Shown one piece after another: positions 47,840-56,123 of a DNA stretch of 64,000 bases. Under the pieces are notes generated by a model. The model had not been told where the DNA came from, ran no database searches, and saw nothing but the letters and a program-made list of their open reading frames with translations. The DNA comes from a virus. Lineage: Duplodnaviria; Caudoviricetes. The DNA is taken from positions 40 through 64,039 of the IMG/VR virus record IMGVR_UViG_3300042015_000154; one strand, written 5' to 3'. Position 1 is the stretch's first letter. Each line of letters starts with the position of its first letter. The translations under genes were made by a program, and so were the position numbers.

Positions 47840-48538
47840 ATGAACGCCAAGTCCACCAACGTTGTCTCCATCAATGCCAAGGGCGATAAGGCCCTCGCCG
47901 ACAACGCCCACAAGGCCGACCGTATCGCGATCCTCGAAGCGATCGACACCGCGTCCGATCTGCTGGGCGCCTCGCTGCTCGAAGGGCTGCGCATGACGGC
48001 GCGCTTTGGCCTCACATCCAAGGCCGAGGTGGCCGAGGGCTGGACGCGCTGCAATAACCCGGACGTCTACGCGGCCAACTTCAACCGCGGCTACAAGGCC
48101 ATGCAGATCGTCGGCGAAAAGCTGGCGCTCGAAGTCATCGACAAGGCCGAGCGCGCAGGCACCACGGCCCGCAACGGTGGCGGCTACGTGCGCGCGCTGG
48201 CTGCCCTGAAGGCCATTTGCGACGAGGCCAAGTCGGCCGGCGTGAAGGAACTGACGGGGCGCAAGGCGACCGAGGCCGTGAAGGCGGCCGTCGCGTTCGC
48301 GGCCAAGCCCACGGCGAAGAAGTCCGCCACGCGTGCGCCGCAGGGCCCGACGACGGCCACGCTCGCAAAGGCCGCGCTCGCGATGGGCAATGGCCATGCC
48401 GAAATGGCCGCGTTCCTGAAGACGGCGAGCCATGCCGCCCAGCAGCTCCCAGTGCCTGAGGGTCGCGAGACGGCGCACCGCGATGCGCTCGAAGCGCTGG
48501 CCGATGCCGCCGAGGCGTTCTCGGTCTTCGCCCGCTGA
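47840..48538 (+). CDS. Ala/Lys-rich hypothetical early protein
   Basis: GGAG RBS, strong codon bias. Confidence 0.75.
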   Translation: MNAKSTNVVSINAKGDKALADNAHKADRIAILEAIDTASDLLGASLLEGLRMTARFGLTSKAEVAEGWTRCNNPDVYAANFNRGYKAMQIVGEKLALEVIDKAERAGTTARNGGGYVRALAALKAICDEAKSAGVKELTGRKATEAVKAAVAFAAKPTAKKSATRAPQGPTTATLAKAALAMGNGHAEMAAFLKTASHAAQQLPVPEGRETAHRDALEALADAAEAFSVFAR

Positions 48539-48750
48539 TCCCTCCTGCCGCCGGGCCCTAAACCCGGCGGCTCACCCCGACTTAGAGGCTGCCGCTATGA
48601 TCCGTATATCCGCCACCTTTGCGCCCGGCTGTGATGTGCACCTGTTCGCCCAGAACTGGAGCATGGCGGGGCGCCTCGCCCGGTTCCTCATGACCGAGGG
48701 GGCGCAAGTCGTCTGCTTCGCGTAGACCGGCCCGCAGCATCGAGACACAG

Positions 48751-48776
48751 AACCCCGCCGCTTGGCGGGGTTTTTT
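48751..48776 (+). terminator. Rho-independent terminator
   Basis: AACCCCGCC-GCTT-GGCGGGGTT followed by a T run. Confidence 0.85.
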
Positions 48777-48784
48777 GTGCCCGG

Positions 48785-48800
48785 ATTAAATCGTTTTAAT
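48785..48800. promoter_or_regulatory. Palindromic motif variant ATTAAATCGTTTTAAT
   Basis: Identical to the 47741 variant. Confidence 0.75.
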
Positions 48801-48959
48801 CGCCCTGCCAATATGCGGCGTTTATGATAGGACGCGAATGCCACGGCCTCTTAGAACGTATTACCGATGACCCCCACTTCGCAAAGGCAACGCGCCTAGC
48901 GGCAAGGGGGTGGCGCGGCGCCGCAATACAACAAAGGGGTGGGGCAAAAGCGGGGTCTG

Positions 48960-49070
48960 GGGGCTATATCGATAATATGGCCATAATTAGGGGTATATAT
49001 ATTAATTAAATAAGAATAAGAATATATATATATAGAGAATTACATTAAGACTATTTTCGCTCTAAAAAGA
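48960..49070. other. Very AT-rich non-coding tract (candidate origin or genome-end region)
   Basis: TATATATATTAATTAAATAAGAATAAGAATATATATATATAG in an otherwise GC-rich genome. Confidence 0.55.
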
Positions 49071-49286
49071 CACACCCCCGTCTGCGATCCCCCGGCTCCC
49101 TCAAATCGGTTTGGCCCCTCAGAAGGTCCGGCCTCTGTTTTTGGAACTCATCTTTACCGGACTAACTTTGCCCCTCCATCCCTCAGATGTTCCATGTTTA
49201 CGCCCCTCAATCCCCCGTTTTACGACCCTGCTCCGCGCCGTCCTCTCCACCCCCAATTTGCCTAAAGCCTTTTTTCCATAACGCTA

Positions 49287-49354
49287 TTGCCTTTTCGCCT
49301 TGCCGTGGTATTGTTTCGGTATATCGCGCTATATCGGCCAATTAAAACGTTTTA
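49287..49354 (+). promoter_or_regulatory. Putative promoter (TTGCCT-N16-TATTGT, TGn extension) plus palindrome at 49343-49354 overlapping the AGGAGG RBS
   Basis: Motifs seen directly; promoter activity inferred. Confidence 0.55.
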
Positions 49355-49366
49355 GGAGGACACCCC

Positions 49367-50320
49367 ATGAAGTCGCTACACGGCAAGCTCACCCCCGAAG
49401 AGATCCAGCAGCGCATCGACATGGCGACGCGGGGCATGCACCCAGACGCCACGACGATGGCCGCGATCAACCCAGTCGTTGCCGAAGGCCGCACCGGTGT
49501 CGAGACGTTCGCCGACAAGGCACGCCGCGAACGCGACGCACTGCGCGCAAGGGTGCTGGACGACAGGCAGTGGCGGGGGCTGTCGTACCCGGAGCGGGTG
49601 GAGCTGTGCCGGCAGGCGCAGGTGCTGCCGCACGAGCCCGACATCATGCGGTTCGACCTGTACCGGTCGATGGTGCCGCGTGAGTTCTCCCGGGACCGGT
49701 CGTCGCCGGCCGGCAAGCGCTACAACTCGCTGAGCGTGGCGGCGACGAAGGCGCGCAAGGCGCTGAGCCCGGAGCGGGCGGCGTATTGGGAGCAGTGCCG
49801 CGAGGCGCGCATGGCCGGTGGCTGGACGCAGCAGGGCGACCGCGCCGTGTGGGCGGTGCCCGAGCCCGTGCAGGACGCGCGCGAGGCGGCGCTACAGGCG
49901 CACGTCGAGGCCGGCACGCTGCCCGAGGATCCGATGCCGGGGGAGCGCAGCACTGAGGCGGTGGCGCTGCGACGTCGCGCCCACGCCGATCGGCAGGAGG
50001 TGAAGCGCCGGCTGGCGGCGAAGGTGAAGACCGACGAGCAGGCGGCACGCGACGACCGCGAGGCGTTGGCCATCGTGATGCGCGAGCTGGCCAGCGCGGC
50101 GCCCCTCGACCCCACGGCTGCGGCGAGGCTCGACGCCCTGCGTCGCCACGAGGCCGGCGCGGCCCAGTATGCGAAGAGCTACGCGCTGCGTGCGGCGGAG
50201 GACTTGGCCCTGATCCTGCGCATGGGGCGGCCGTGCCCCATCGCGTCGCGACACCGCTGTGGTGACGAGGTGATGCACCGTCGACCGCGGTTCTATCATT
50301 CCGACCGGGGGAGCATCTGA
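49367..50320 (+). CDS. Hypothetical early protein
   Basis: AGGAGG RBS; 317-aa ORF. Confidence 0.7.
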   Translation: MKSLHGKLTPEEIQQRIDMATRGMHPDATTMAAINPVVAEGRTGVETFADKARRERDALRARVLDDRQWRGLSYPERVELCRQAQVLPHEPDIMRFDLYRSMVPREFSRDRSSPAGKRYNSLSVAATKARKALSPERAAYWEQCREARMAGGWTQQGDRAVWAVPEPVQDAREAALQAHVEAGTLPEDPMPGERSTEAVALRRRAHADRQEVKRRLAAKVKTDEQAARDDREALAIVMRELASAAPLDPTAAARLDALRRHEAGAAQYAKSYALRAAEDLALILRMGRPCPIASRHRCGDEVMHRRPRFYHSDRGSI

Positions 50321-50399
50321 CGTGGGCGCGTCACAGGGTGGGCCTTGTCCCTTCAACCCTCCACGTATTCGCCGCACTGCACGCGAGGAACGCGAGTAC

Positions 50400-50630
50400 A
50401 TGACCCCGCACCCGATGGAGATCCTGTCGGGGGCGATGGAGAGGCACTGGATGGAATACAGGCAGCGCAGGCGTTTGGACGAACGCTTCGACTCTACCGT
50501 GTTCGGCGATGCCCGGATGCACGCCATCGGACAGATGATCGCGCAACGCCCACAGGGATGGCTGAGCGTTGACTTGGCGTGGCTCCGACTCATGGCCATC
50601 ACGCGTCTCGACCGGTCGAAGTGTGATTGA
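50400..50630 (+). CDS. Hypothetical protein
   Basis: GAGGA upstream; stop codon overlaps the next -35. Confidence 0.45.
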   Translation: MTPHPMEILSGAMERHWMEYRQRRRLDERFDSTVFGDARMHAIGQMIAQRPQGWLSVDLAWLRLMAITRLDRSKCD

Positions 50631-50698
50631 CACTTAACCCCACCTATGCGACAATGACGTTGTGAGTGGGGCGACCGTGCCCGATTAAAACGTTTTAA
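50627..50698 (+). promoter_or_regulatory. Repeated early promoter (TTGACA-CTTAACCCCACCTATGC-GACAAT) plus palindrome at 50685-50698
   Basis: Consensus -35, 17-bp spacer; near-identical copies at 55276 and 58456. Confidence 0.85.
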
Positions 50699-50711
50699 GG
50701 GAGAGACCATC

Positions 50712-51011
50712 ATGCGTAAGGAAGTCACGATCCAGCTCATCCCGTTGTTCGACGTCGTGCGCAGCCCTGACGACCCCGTGTCGATCGAGTGGGAAGTGGA
50801 CGGGGCGTCGGGCTCGACGCAGTGCGAGGCATGGCGCGGGCAGCACGAGATCGAAGGACTCGAACGTGCGGGCCACACCATTGTGCGCATCACGGTGAAC
50901 GGCATCGAGGTGTACAGCACGCTCAAGCTGAAGCCGGTTGACCTGAGCGAATGCGAGGGGCGCATCCACCCCGACACGCTCGACCACTACGCTGGCCGCG
51001 AGGGAGGCTGA
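50712..51011 (+). CDS. Hypothetical protein
   Basis: GGGAGAG RBS after the promoter. Confidence 0.75.
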   Translation: MRKEVTIQLIPLFDVVRSPDDPVSIEWEVDGASGSTQCEAWRGQHEIEGLERAGHTIVRITVNGIEVYSTLKLKPVDLSECEGRIHPDTLDHYAGREGG

Positions 51012-51012
51012 C

Positions 51013-51246
51013 ATGGCCAAGTCCATCACCATCACGATCGACATCAGCGTGTACAACGTGCGCGCGTTTGTTCGTGCCGCACGGGAGCGGGCGCGCAAAG
51101 AGGGACTGGACGAAGAACAGGTGAGGGAGTACAGCGCGACCAACCTCACCGGCTGCGCCGTCATGCTGTTCGACCCGGGCTCGGGCCCCGCAGGCTGTGA
51201 GATCCAAGACAGCTCGGCCGAACGCAACGAAATGTTCGACGACTGA
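51013..51246 (+). CDS. Hypothetical protein
   Basis: GGAGG RBS. Confidence 0.7.
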   Translation: MAKSITITIDISVYNVRAFVRAARERARKEGLDEEQVREYSATNLTGCAVMLFDPGSGPAGCEIQDSSAERNEMFDD

Positions 51247-51247
51247 C

Positions 51248-51502
51248 ATGATTATCCGCGACGCCATCACCCTGTTCGCGATGATCGGCGAGCACCCCGA
51301 CGCTCTGTTGGGTTTCCAAGAGGGGAGGCAGTGGACGTCGATTTATCATGCGCGCTGCCTGCAACGCGAGGACGCGGCGGGCAGTCAGATATACACGTTC
51401 GAGAACTTTGCCATGCTCGCGCTTCGGCAGCAGCTGACCCTCGTACTCGAACTCGACATGCCGCCAGAGTGCTCGCTCAACTGCCCGCTTTGCACCCACT
51501 AA
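51248..51502 (+). CDS. Cys/His-motif paralog 1 (IIRDAITLFA; HARC; CPLC)
   Basis: Shared family motif; its TAA stop is part of the palindrome. Confidence 0.7.
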   Translation: MIIRDAITLFAMIGEHPDALLGFQEGRQWTSIYHARCLQREDAAGSQIYTFENFAMLALRQQLTLVLELDMPPECSLNCPLCTH

Positions 51503-51512
51503 AACGTTTTAA
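51500..51512. promoter_or_regulatory. Palindromic motif copy
   Basis: TAAAACGTTTTAA. Confidence 0.8.
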
Positions 51513-51527
51513 TCACAGGAGTGCGCC

Positions 51528-52046
51528 ATGAACCAGCCCACCACCGACCAGCCCGTGCCGCCCCGCTACCGCATCGACCACAACCCCAGCCACTCCACCG
51601 TTGGCATCGATGCAGTGATGACTTATGCCGGCGGCTCGTACACCGAGGCATACCAGAAGTTCCGCGCCACCGATGCACTGGAGGGGGAGTACGTCACGAT
51701 GTCGCAGTGGAACCGTCGCACCTGCGACTACGACGTCATGCACTCCAAGGCAGCCACGATGCACAAGAAGAACCCCGCCACCCCCGTGATCGAGAAGATG
51801 ACGGCTCGCCCGGTCACCATCAAGTTCGGAATCCACGTGTCGCTCGAAGGTGACCTCGATGCGTGCGTCAACCACCCGCCGATCAACGTGCCGGTGACGC
51901 TGGAGGCGGTGCTCGAATCCATGAAGAACCTGTGCTTCATCGTCGAGACGGTCGCGCACCTGCAAGGCAAGGAACGCGAGCTGCTGCCGCAAGCGGAGAC
52001 GGCGCGCTCTATCATCGCCGCGCTGCAGCCACGGGTGCGGCGGTGA
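51528..52046 (+). CDS. Hypothetical protein
   Basis: AGGAG RBS after the palindrome. Confidence 0.75.
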   Translation: MNQPTTDQPVPPRYRIDHNPSHSTVGIDAVMTYAGGSYTEAYQKFRATDALEGEYVTMSQWNRRTCDYDVMHSKAATMHKKNPATPVIEKMTARPVTIKFGIHVSLEGDLDACVNHPPINVPVTLEAVLESMKNLCFIVETVAHLQGKERELLPQAETARSIIAALQPRVRR

Positions 52047-52340
52047 GTGATGGACAAGGGTGCATACTTCATCGCGAAGGACGAGATCACGCTGATTGCG
52101 ATACTCGGACAGGTGCCGGGCGACTGGCTGGTGCGGGAAGTGTCAACGCGTAATGGCGCCGACGGATGCCGGTATGCGCGCGCCGATTGCGTGCTCGCAC
52201 GCGGGTTTCTGTATGGGCGCTTCTATGCAATGCCGGAGCAAGTTGACCAGTGGGAAGTGTTTTGCAACGACAACCAGTTTGCGGAGGAACCCTGCTACTG
52301 CGAGGGCTCGGATCACAGATGTAATCAGGAACACCCATAG
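52047..52340 (+). CDS. Cys/His-motif paralog 2 (KDEITLIA; RADC; CYC)
   Basis: Shared family motif. Confidence 0.65.
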   Translation: MMDKGAYFIAKDEITLIAILGQVPGDWLVREVSTRNGADGCRYARADCVLARGFLYGRFYAMPEQVDQWEVFCNDNQFAEEPCYCEGSDHRCNQEHP

Positions 52341-52342
52341 TC

Positions 52343-52603
52343 ATGGACCTGCTCACTGCCATCGCGCTCGCCCCCTCACAGCCCGACTGCTACGTGCTGG
52401 TGTACTGCGCTGCCTTCACCGACGGACCGAAGAATCGCGGCACGTACTACTGTCGGTTGGACTGTTTCGAGCGTTTCGGCATCTCGACCTTCGTGACTGA
52501 TATCGAAGAGTGCGAGTTTGTGCTCGTCAGCGGCGCTGAGAATTTCTACTGTACGTGCGGTGGGCCAAAGCTGCACCGTTTGGACCAACCCCACCCGAGG
52601 TGA
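52343..52603 (+). CDS. Cys/His-motif paralog 3 (MDLLTAIA; CRLDC; CTC)
   Basis: Shared family motif. Confidence 0.65.
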   Translation: MDLLTAIALAPSQPDCYVLVYCAAFTDGPKNRGTYYCRLDCFERFGISTFVTDIEECEFVLVSGAENFYCTCGGPKLHRLDQPHPR

Positions 52604-52606
52604 CTT

Positions 52607-52897
52607 ATGCGCGTTGTAAATGACACCCTGACCGCGATCGCTTTGTCGAACCAGTACCCGGTGATGGTTGTTGGCGATTTCTCTTACTACGCCACGGTGC
52701 ACGGTCACTGCGCGCAGAGCATCACGCTTTACGATGGCGACACGATCGCCCTATATACCGACTGGCAGGAGTTTCAGCAGGCATACAACGACTTCCTCGC
52801 CGACAAGCGATACCGCGGCCTGTCGGACCACTTCATCTGTGTGTACTGCAAGCGGCGGATGCACGAGCCGACCGAACAGCTCGACCTGATCCGTTAA
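52607..52897 (+). CDS. Cys/His-motif paralog 4 (NDTLTAIA; HGHC; CVYC)
   Basis: GAGGTG RBS; shared motif; stop lies within the palindrome. Confidence 0.7.
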   Translation: MRVVNDTLTAIALSNQYPVMVVGDFSYYATVHGHCAQSITLYDGDTIALYTDWQEFQQAYNDFLADKRYRGLSDHFICVYCKRRMHEPTEQLDLIR

Positions 52898-52907
52898 AAC
52901 GTTTTAA
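52894..52907. promoter_or_regulatory. Palindromic motif copy
   Basis: TTAAAACGTTTTAA. Confidence 0.85.
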
Positions 52908-52920
52908 TCCAAGGTGTGCG

Positions 52921-53280
52921 ATGGATATCTCGACGTTCTATCATCGACCACTGGACGAGATCACTCTGCTCGCCATCTCTCCCTATATGGACGCAGGCGA
53001 CTGCATTGAGGTGATCTTCCCCGTCAGCAATAAACCCGTTAGCAAAAAGCGCAAGGGCATGGTGGTGGCTGGGTACGCTCGCGTGCATGCATGCTGTTAC
53101 ACAGATTTGCGAGAGGGGGTCGCGCCGCGCTCCCCGAGCTACGTGGACCGATTCAACAAGGCAACGGATAGATCCGGCGCAGAGCTGTTCCTACGAGACG
53201 GCAATTACTTTAGAGACGAACGCGACTTCTGCTGCCTGTGCTGGGGCATGATCAATACCATTCCGGAGGCAAAATCATGA
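52921..53280 (+). CDS. Cys/His-motif paralog 5 (LDEITLLA; HACC; CCLC)
   Basis: AAGGTG RBS; shared motif. Confidence 0.7.
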   Translation: MDISTFYHRPLDEITLLAISPYMDAGDCIEVIFPVSNKPVSKKRKGMVVAGYARVHACCYTDLREGVAPRSPSYVDRFNKATDRSGAELFLRDGNYFRDERDFCCLCWGMINTIPEAKS

Positions 53281-53453
53281 GCATCGGTGCCAACAACGAA
53301 CAGGACTACGAGTCCTCCCTGCGCGAAGAGAACAAGGCCGCGCGTTTCTTCACCGTTCTCCTGCTGGCGATGTTCGCCGGCGGCGTGATCGGCTACACGT
53401 GGGGCGTGGGTGTCGGCGAGCGCAACGCCGTCATCGCATGCTGGAAGCGGTGA
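53277..53453 (+). CDS. Small membrane protein
   Basis: GGAGG RBS; one TM helix; overlaps at both ends. Confidence 0.65.
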   Translation: MSIGANNEQDYESSLREENKAARFFTVLLLAMFAGGVIGYTWGVGVGERNAVIACWKR

Positions 53454-53722
53454 TCATCCGCGACGAGCTGACGCTGATTGCGCTAGCGCCCACGCTTCCG
53501 TCGAACAGCGTGATCCGATTCGTGCTCGACGACGGAGCCGACGACTTCTTTGTTCGCGGGGATTGCTATGCGGAAAGGGGGCGGGGGAATGGTGGCATGG
53601 CCGACGGACAGGAGATCACGGCCATCGAAATCGGAAACGTGTTTGAGGGGCAGACCTACAGCCGATTGTGCTTCTGCGGTAGGACGAGCGGAGCGCGGGA
53701 ACTGAGGGAGTGCGGCCTATGA
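53450..53722 (+). CDS. Cys/His-motif paralog 6 (IIRDELTLIA; RGDC; CFC)
   Basis: GTGA overlap; shared motif. Confidence 0.7.
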   Translation: MIIRDELTLIALAPTLPSNSVIRFVLDDGADDFFVRGDCYAERGRGNGGMADGQEITAIEIGNVFEGQTYSRLCFCGRTSGARELRECGL

Positions 53723-53988
53723 TCATCCGCGACGAACTGACGCTGATCGCGGTGTGCGGTGCGCCTGACCTGCGCATCCGCATCACATGGAAAGGGTCGG
53801 GCGACTGGAGCCTCGCGCACGGTGAGTGCTGCACCCGCGACCCGCGCAACTGGGCGTCCATTATCAGCTACCTCAATAGCAAGGGCACGGTGCTTCGCTC
53901 GGTCAAGCGCACCTCACGCGGTAAGATGCGATGCGTGTGGTGCCGCCAGCCCACGGACAAGCCGTACGATCCCGCTTTGGGGAAGTAA
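53719..53988 (+). CDS. Cys/His-motif paralog 7 (IIRDELTLIA; HGEC; CVWC)
   Basis: ATGA overlap, GGGAG RBS; shared motif. Confidence 0.75.
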   Translation: MIIRDELTLIAVCGAPDLRIRITWKGSGDWSLAHGECCTRDPRNWASIISYLNSKGTVLRSVKRTSRGKMRCVWCRQPTDKPYDPALGK

Positions 53989-53990
53989 TC

Positions 53991-54290
53991 ATGAAGACAC
54001 CAAAGCGACAGGTCATGCGCATCCACGACGCGATCACGCTCTATGCGCTGGCCGCCGACCCGGACGTGCGCATCCGCGTGCAGTGGCTGGGCGGCAAGGT
54101 GGGGAGGTGGTCCTACTACCACGGCCCATGCGCAGTTGCAGCCGATGTTGTGCGACTCATCGACATCAACCCACAACGCGCTAGGCTGCACGCCGTGTGC
54201 AAGCAGCAGGATCGTTGGGCGCACTGGCGCGCAACGTGCTCCTATTGCCGCGCTGCGATCAACCAGCCCTTCCCCGGAGCCGTGCCATGA
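53991..54290 (+). CDS. Cys/His-motif paralog 8 (IHDAITLYA; HGPC; CSYC)
   Basis: Shared motif; PDVRIRVQW resembles PDLRIRITW of paralog 7. Confidence 0.75.
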   Translation: MKTPKRQVMRIHDAITLYALAADPDVRIRVQWLGGKVGRWSYYHGPCAVAADVVRLIDINPQRARLHAVCKQQDRWAHWRATCSYCRAAINQPFPGAVP

Positions 54291-54721
54291 ACACCGAACC
54301 GCAACGCTTCCTCGTCCCCGACCTGCTCACGCTGATGGCGGTGTCGTCTGTGTATCCGCGTGCGTTCGTCGCCCCGGGCGCGACGAGCAAGCAGTTTTAC
54401 TGCCTGCGAATCCTGATGGCCAGTGACTCGGCGATGGACAACTTCGAGACGTCGCGCCGCATTCAGACATGGAGCACCAAGCGCAAGCAGTATGAAGACG
54501 TGATCCTGCCTATCATTCTGTACCCGACGTGGCGCGATGCGGACCTGATGGTGAACGAGTCGGGCAACGTCAAGTGCTACGCTTGCGGCCGCCTGCTGAC
54601 CCAACACGGAGAAGACGATGGGCGACCAGACGATCGACCGGATGGCTTGGTGCCTCCGCAGCTACAAGAACGCAACGGCCAAGGGCCTTCCCGTCAGCGA
54701 GGACGTAAAGCGTACCGCTGA
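54287..54721 (+). CDS. Cys/His-motif paralog 9 (PDLLTLMA; single central C; CYAC)
   Basis: GGAG RBS, ATGA overlap; central pair incomplete. Confidence 0.6.
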   Translation: MNTEPQRFLVPDLLTLMAVSSVYPRAFVAPGATSKQFYCLRILMASDSAMDNFETSRRIQTWSTKRKQYEDVILPIILYPTWRDADLMVNESGNVKCYACGRLLTQHGEDDGRPDDRPDGLVPPQLQERNGQGPSRQRGRKAYR

Positions 54722-54803
54722 GCGTGCGCTCGCCGAGTACGACCAGATGCGCGCCGACCAGCTCGCGCAGACGCAACAGACATCGTTCAAACCGAGGATC
54801 TAG
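54618..54803 (+). CDS. Hypothetical protein
   Basis: GGAGA RBS; overlaps the tail of the previous ORF. Confidence 0.5.
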   Translation: MGDQTIDRMAWCLRSYKNATAKGLPVSEDVKRTAERALAEYDQMRADQLAQTQQTSFKPRI

Positions 54804-54805
54804 CC

Positions 54806-54955
54806 ATGCGAGTTGATCCGGTAACACTAGGCTTGCTGGCCGCGGCCGGCATCGCCTTCATCTTTCAAGCCGTCGGTCCCGGGCTGTTCTTTGCCTTCTT
54901 CGGCGGGCTTGGCCTTTGGTCCGACTGGGAGATGCGTCATGACAAACGTTCTTAG
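54806..54955 (+). CDS. Small membrane protein (not in the ORF track; MRVDPVTLGLLAAAG...)
   Basis: GAGGA RBS; 49 aa, hydrophobic. Confidence 0.55.
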   Translation: MRVDPVTLGLLAAAGIAFIFQAVGPGLFFAFFGGLGLWSDWEMRHDKRS

Positions 54956-55160
54956 CCTACGCACGCTGCGCCGCCTCATCCCCGAGCCCGTGCGCCCCTC
55001 CAAGCCGTGGCCGCTGCTACCCGGCGCGACGCGCCCCGAAGAGACGCAGGTACGCATGCGCGCGCAGTCACTGCTGACGGGCGAGCTGATCGGCGGCGCG
55101 TGCCCACCCCTGACCTACGAGCAGGCGTGCGACGTGTTGCGCTGGGCGGGTGAGAAATGA
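54939..55160 (+). CDS. Hypothetical protein
   Basis: GGGAG RBS before ATG 54939. Confidence 0.55.
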   Translation: MTNVLSLRTLRRLIPEPVRPSKPWPLLPGATRPEETQVRMRAQSLLTGELIGGACPPLTYEQACDVLRWAGEK

Positions 55161-55279
55161 AGACCCTCGACGTCCTGATCACCCTGCCGTTCCTCGTGCT
55201 CGGATTCGTCTTCGAGTCCTGCTACCGGTCTTTCAAGGCAGGCCGCCTGCTGTGGCGCCGGTGGGCAAGCGTGGATTGA
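55157..55279 (+). CDS. Small membrane peptide (not in the ORF track; MKTLDVLITLPFLVLG...)
   Basis: ATGA overlap; 40 aa; stop overlaps the next -35. Confidence 0.5.
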   Translation: MKTLDVLITLPFLVLGFVFESCYRSFKAGRLLWRRWASVD

Positions 55280-55347
55280 CTCTTAACCCCACCTGTGAGA
55301 CAATATGCTCTCAGGTGGGGAGTTCCACCCGGATTAAAACGTTTTAA
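55276..55347 (+). promoter_or_regulatory. Repeated early promoter (TTGACT-CTTAACCCCACCTGTGA-GACAAT) plus palindrome at 55334-55347
   Basis: Second copy of the promoter/palindrome unit. Confidence 0.85.
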
Positions 55348-55359
55348 GGAGTGACCATC

Positions 55360-55749
55360 ATGCGCGTCATAGAAGAGCAAATGCTGGCGGCAATCGAGGA
55401 CTACAAGAACTGGAAGTGCCGCAACACAGAAGTCCGCATCGACCCCGTGGTCGGGGGCAGCGAAGTCGAGGTGTACCTGCATGGACATCTCATCGCCAAG
55501 CGCTACTTCTTCGGTAGCGACAAGGCGTACATCGGCGAGTGGGAGATCTGCCTCTGTCGCTGGAATACACCGACGACCCGCTCGCGCCTGAACGCTATTA
55601 TCGGCTCGCTGGCGAAGCTCGGACGTCCCGGCCAGTGGCCTAGCGGAGCAGGCGTGTCGACGAACCGAGGCGTGATCACTCTGCGCGATGCGCGCGGCGA
55701 GACGACGATCGACTCATTCGACTGGCACAAGGTTGTGGTGCGGCTATGA
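55360..55749 (+). CDS. Conserved phage protein (VYLHGHLIA...WNTPTTRSRLNA)
   Basis: AAGGAG RBS; recognisable phage hypothetical motif. Confidence 0.8.
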   Translation: MRVIEEQMLAAIEDYKNWKCRNTEVRIDPVVGGSEVEVYLHGHLIAKRYFFGSDKAYIGEWEICLCRWNTPTTRSRLNAIIGSLAKLGRPGQWPSGAGVSTNRGVITLRDARGETTIDSFDWHKVVVRL

Positions 55750-56123
55750 GCTTCGACGGTAGCATCCAGCTGCCCGCGCTCGACGCGATCACCGTGATCG
55801 CCTGTCTCGGGAACTACCCGCTGGAGTCGACGACGGTGAAGTTCACACGCACCGGTATGCAGTTGTCCAAGGGATGGGTGCGGTACGCCGACGGCCAGAC
55901 GAACGTGGAGAGCACCCAGTGCCTGAAGTGCGCATGCCTAGCGCGGGTGAGAGATCCGAATAGCGACGGCCGCGAGGAATTCCTCCACGCGGTGTTGAAT
56001 GGCTGGATCATCGTGCACGGGTTCGCACCGAAGTCGGACCTGTTCAAGTGCGCATGCCGCATCCTGCCGGACCAGCGACCGCGAGCGAGGGGAACATGGG
56101 CCAAACCAACCCACCAGTTCTAG
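55746..56123 (+). CDS. Cys/His-motif paralog 10 (LDAITVIA; CLKC; CAC)
   Basis: ATGA overlap; shared motif. Confidence 0.65.
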   Translation: MSFDGSIQLPALDAITVIACLGNYPLESTTVKFTRTGMQLSKGWVRYADGQTNVESTQCLKCACLARVRDPNSDGREEFLHAVLNGWIIVHGFAPKSDLFKCACRILPDQRPRARGTWAKPTHQF

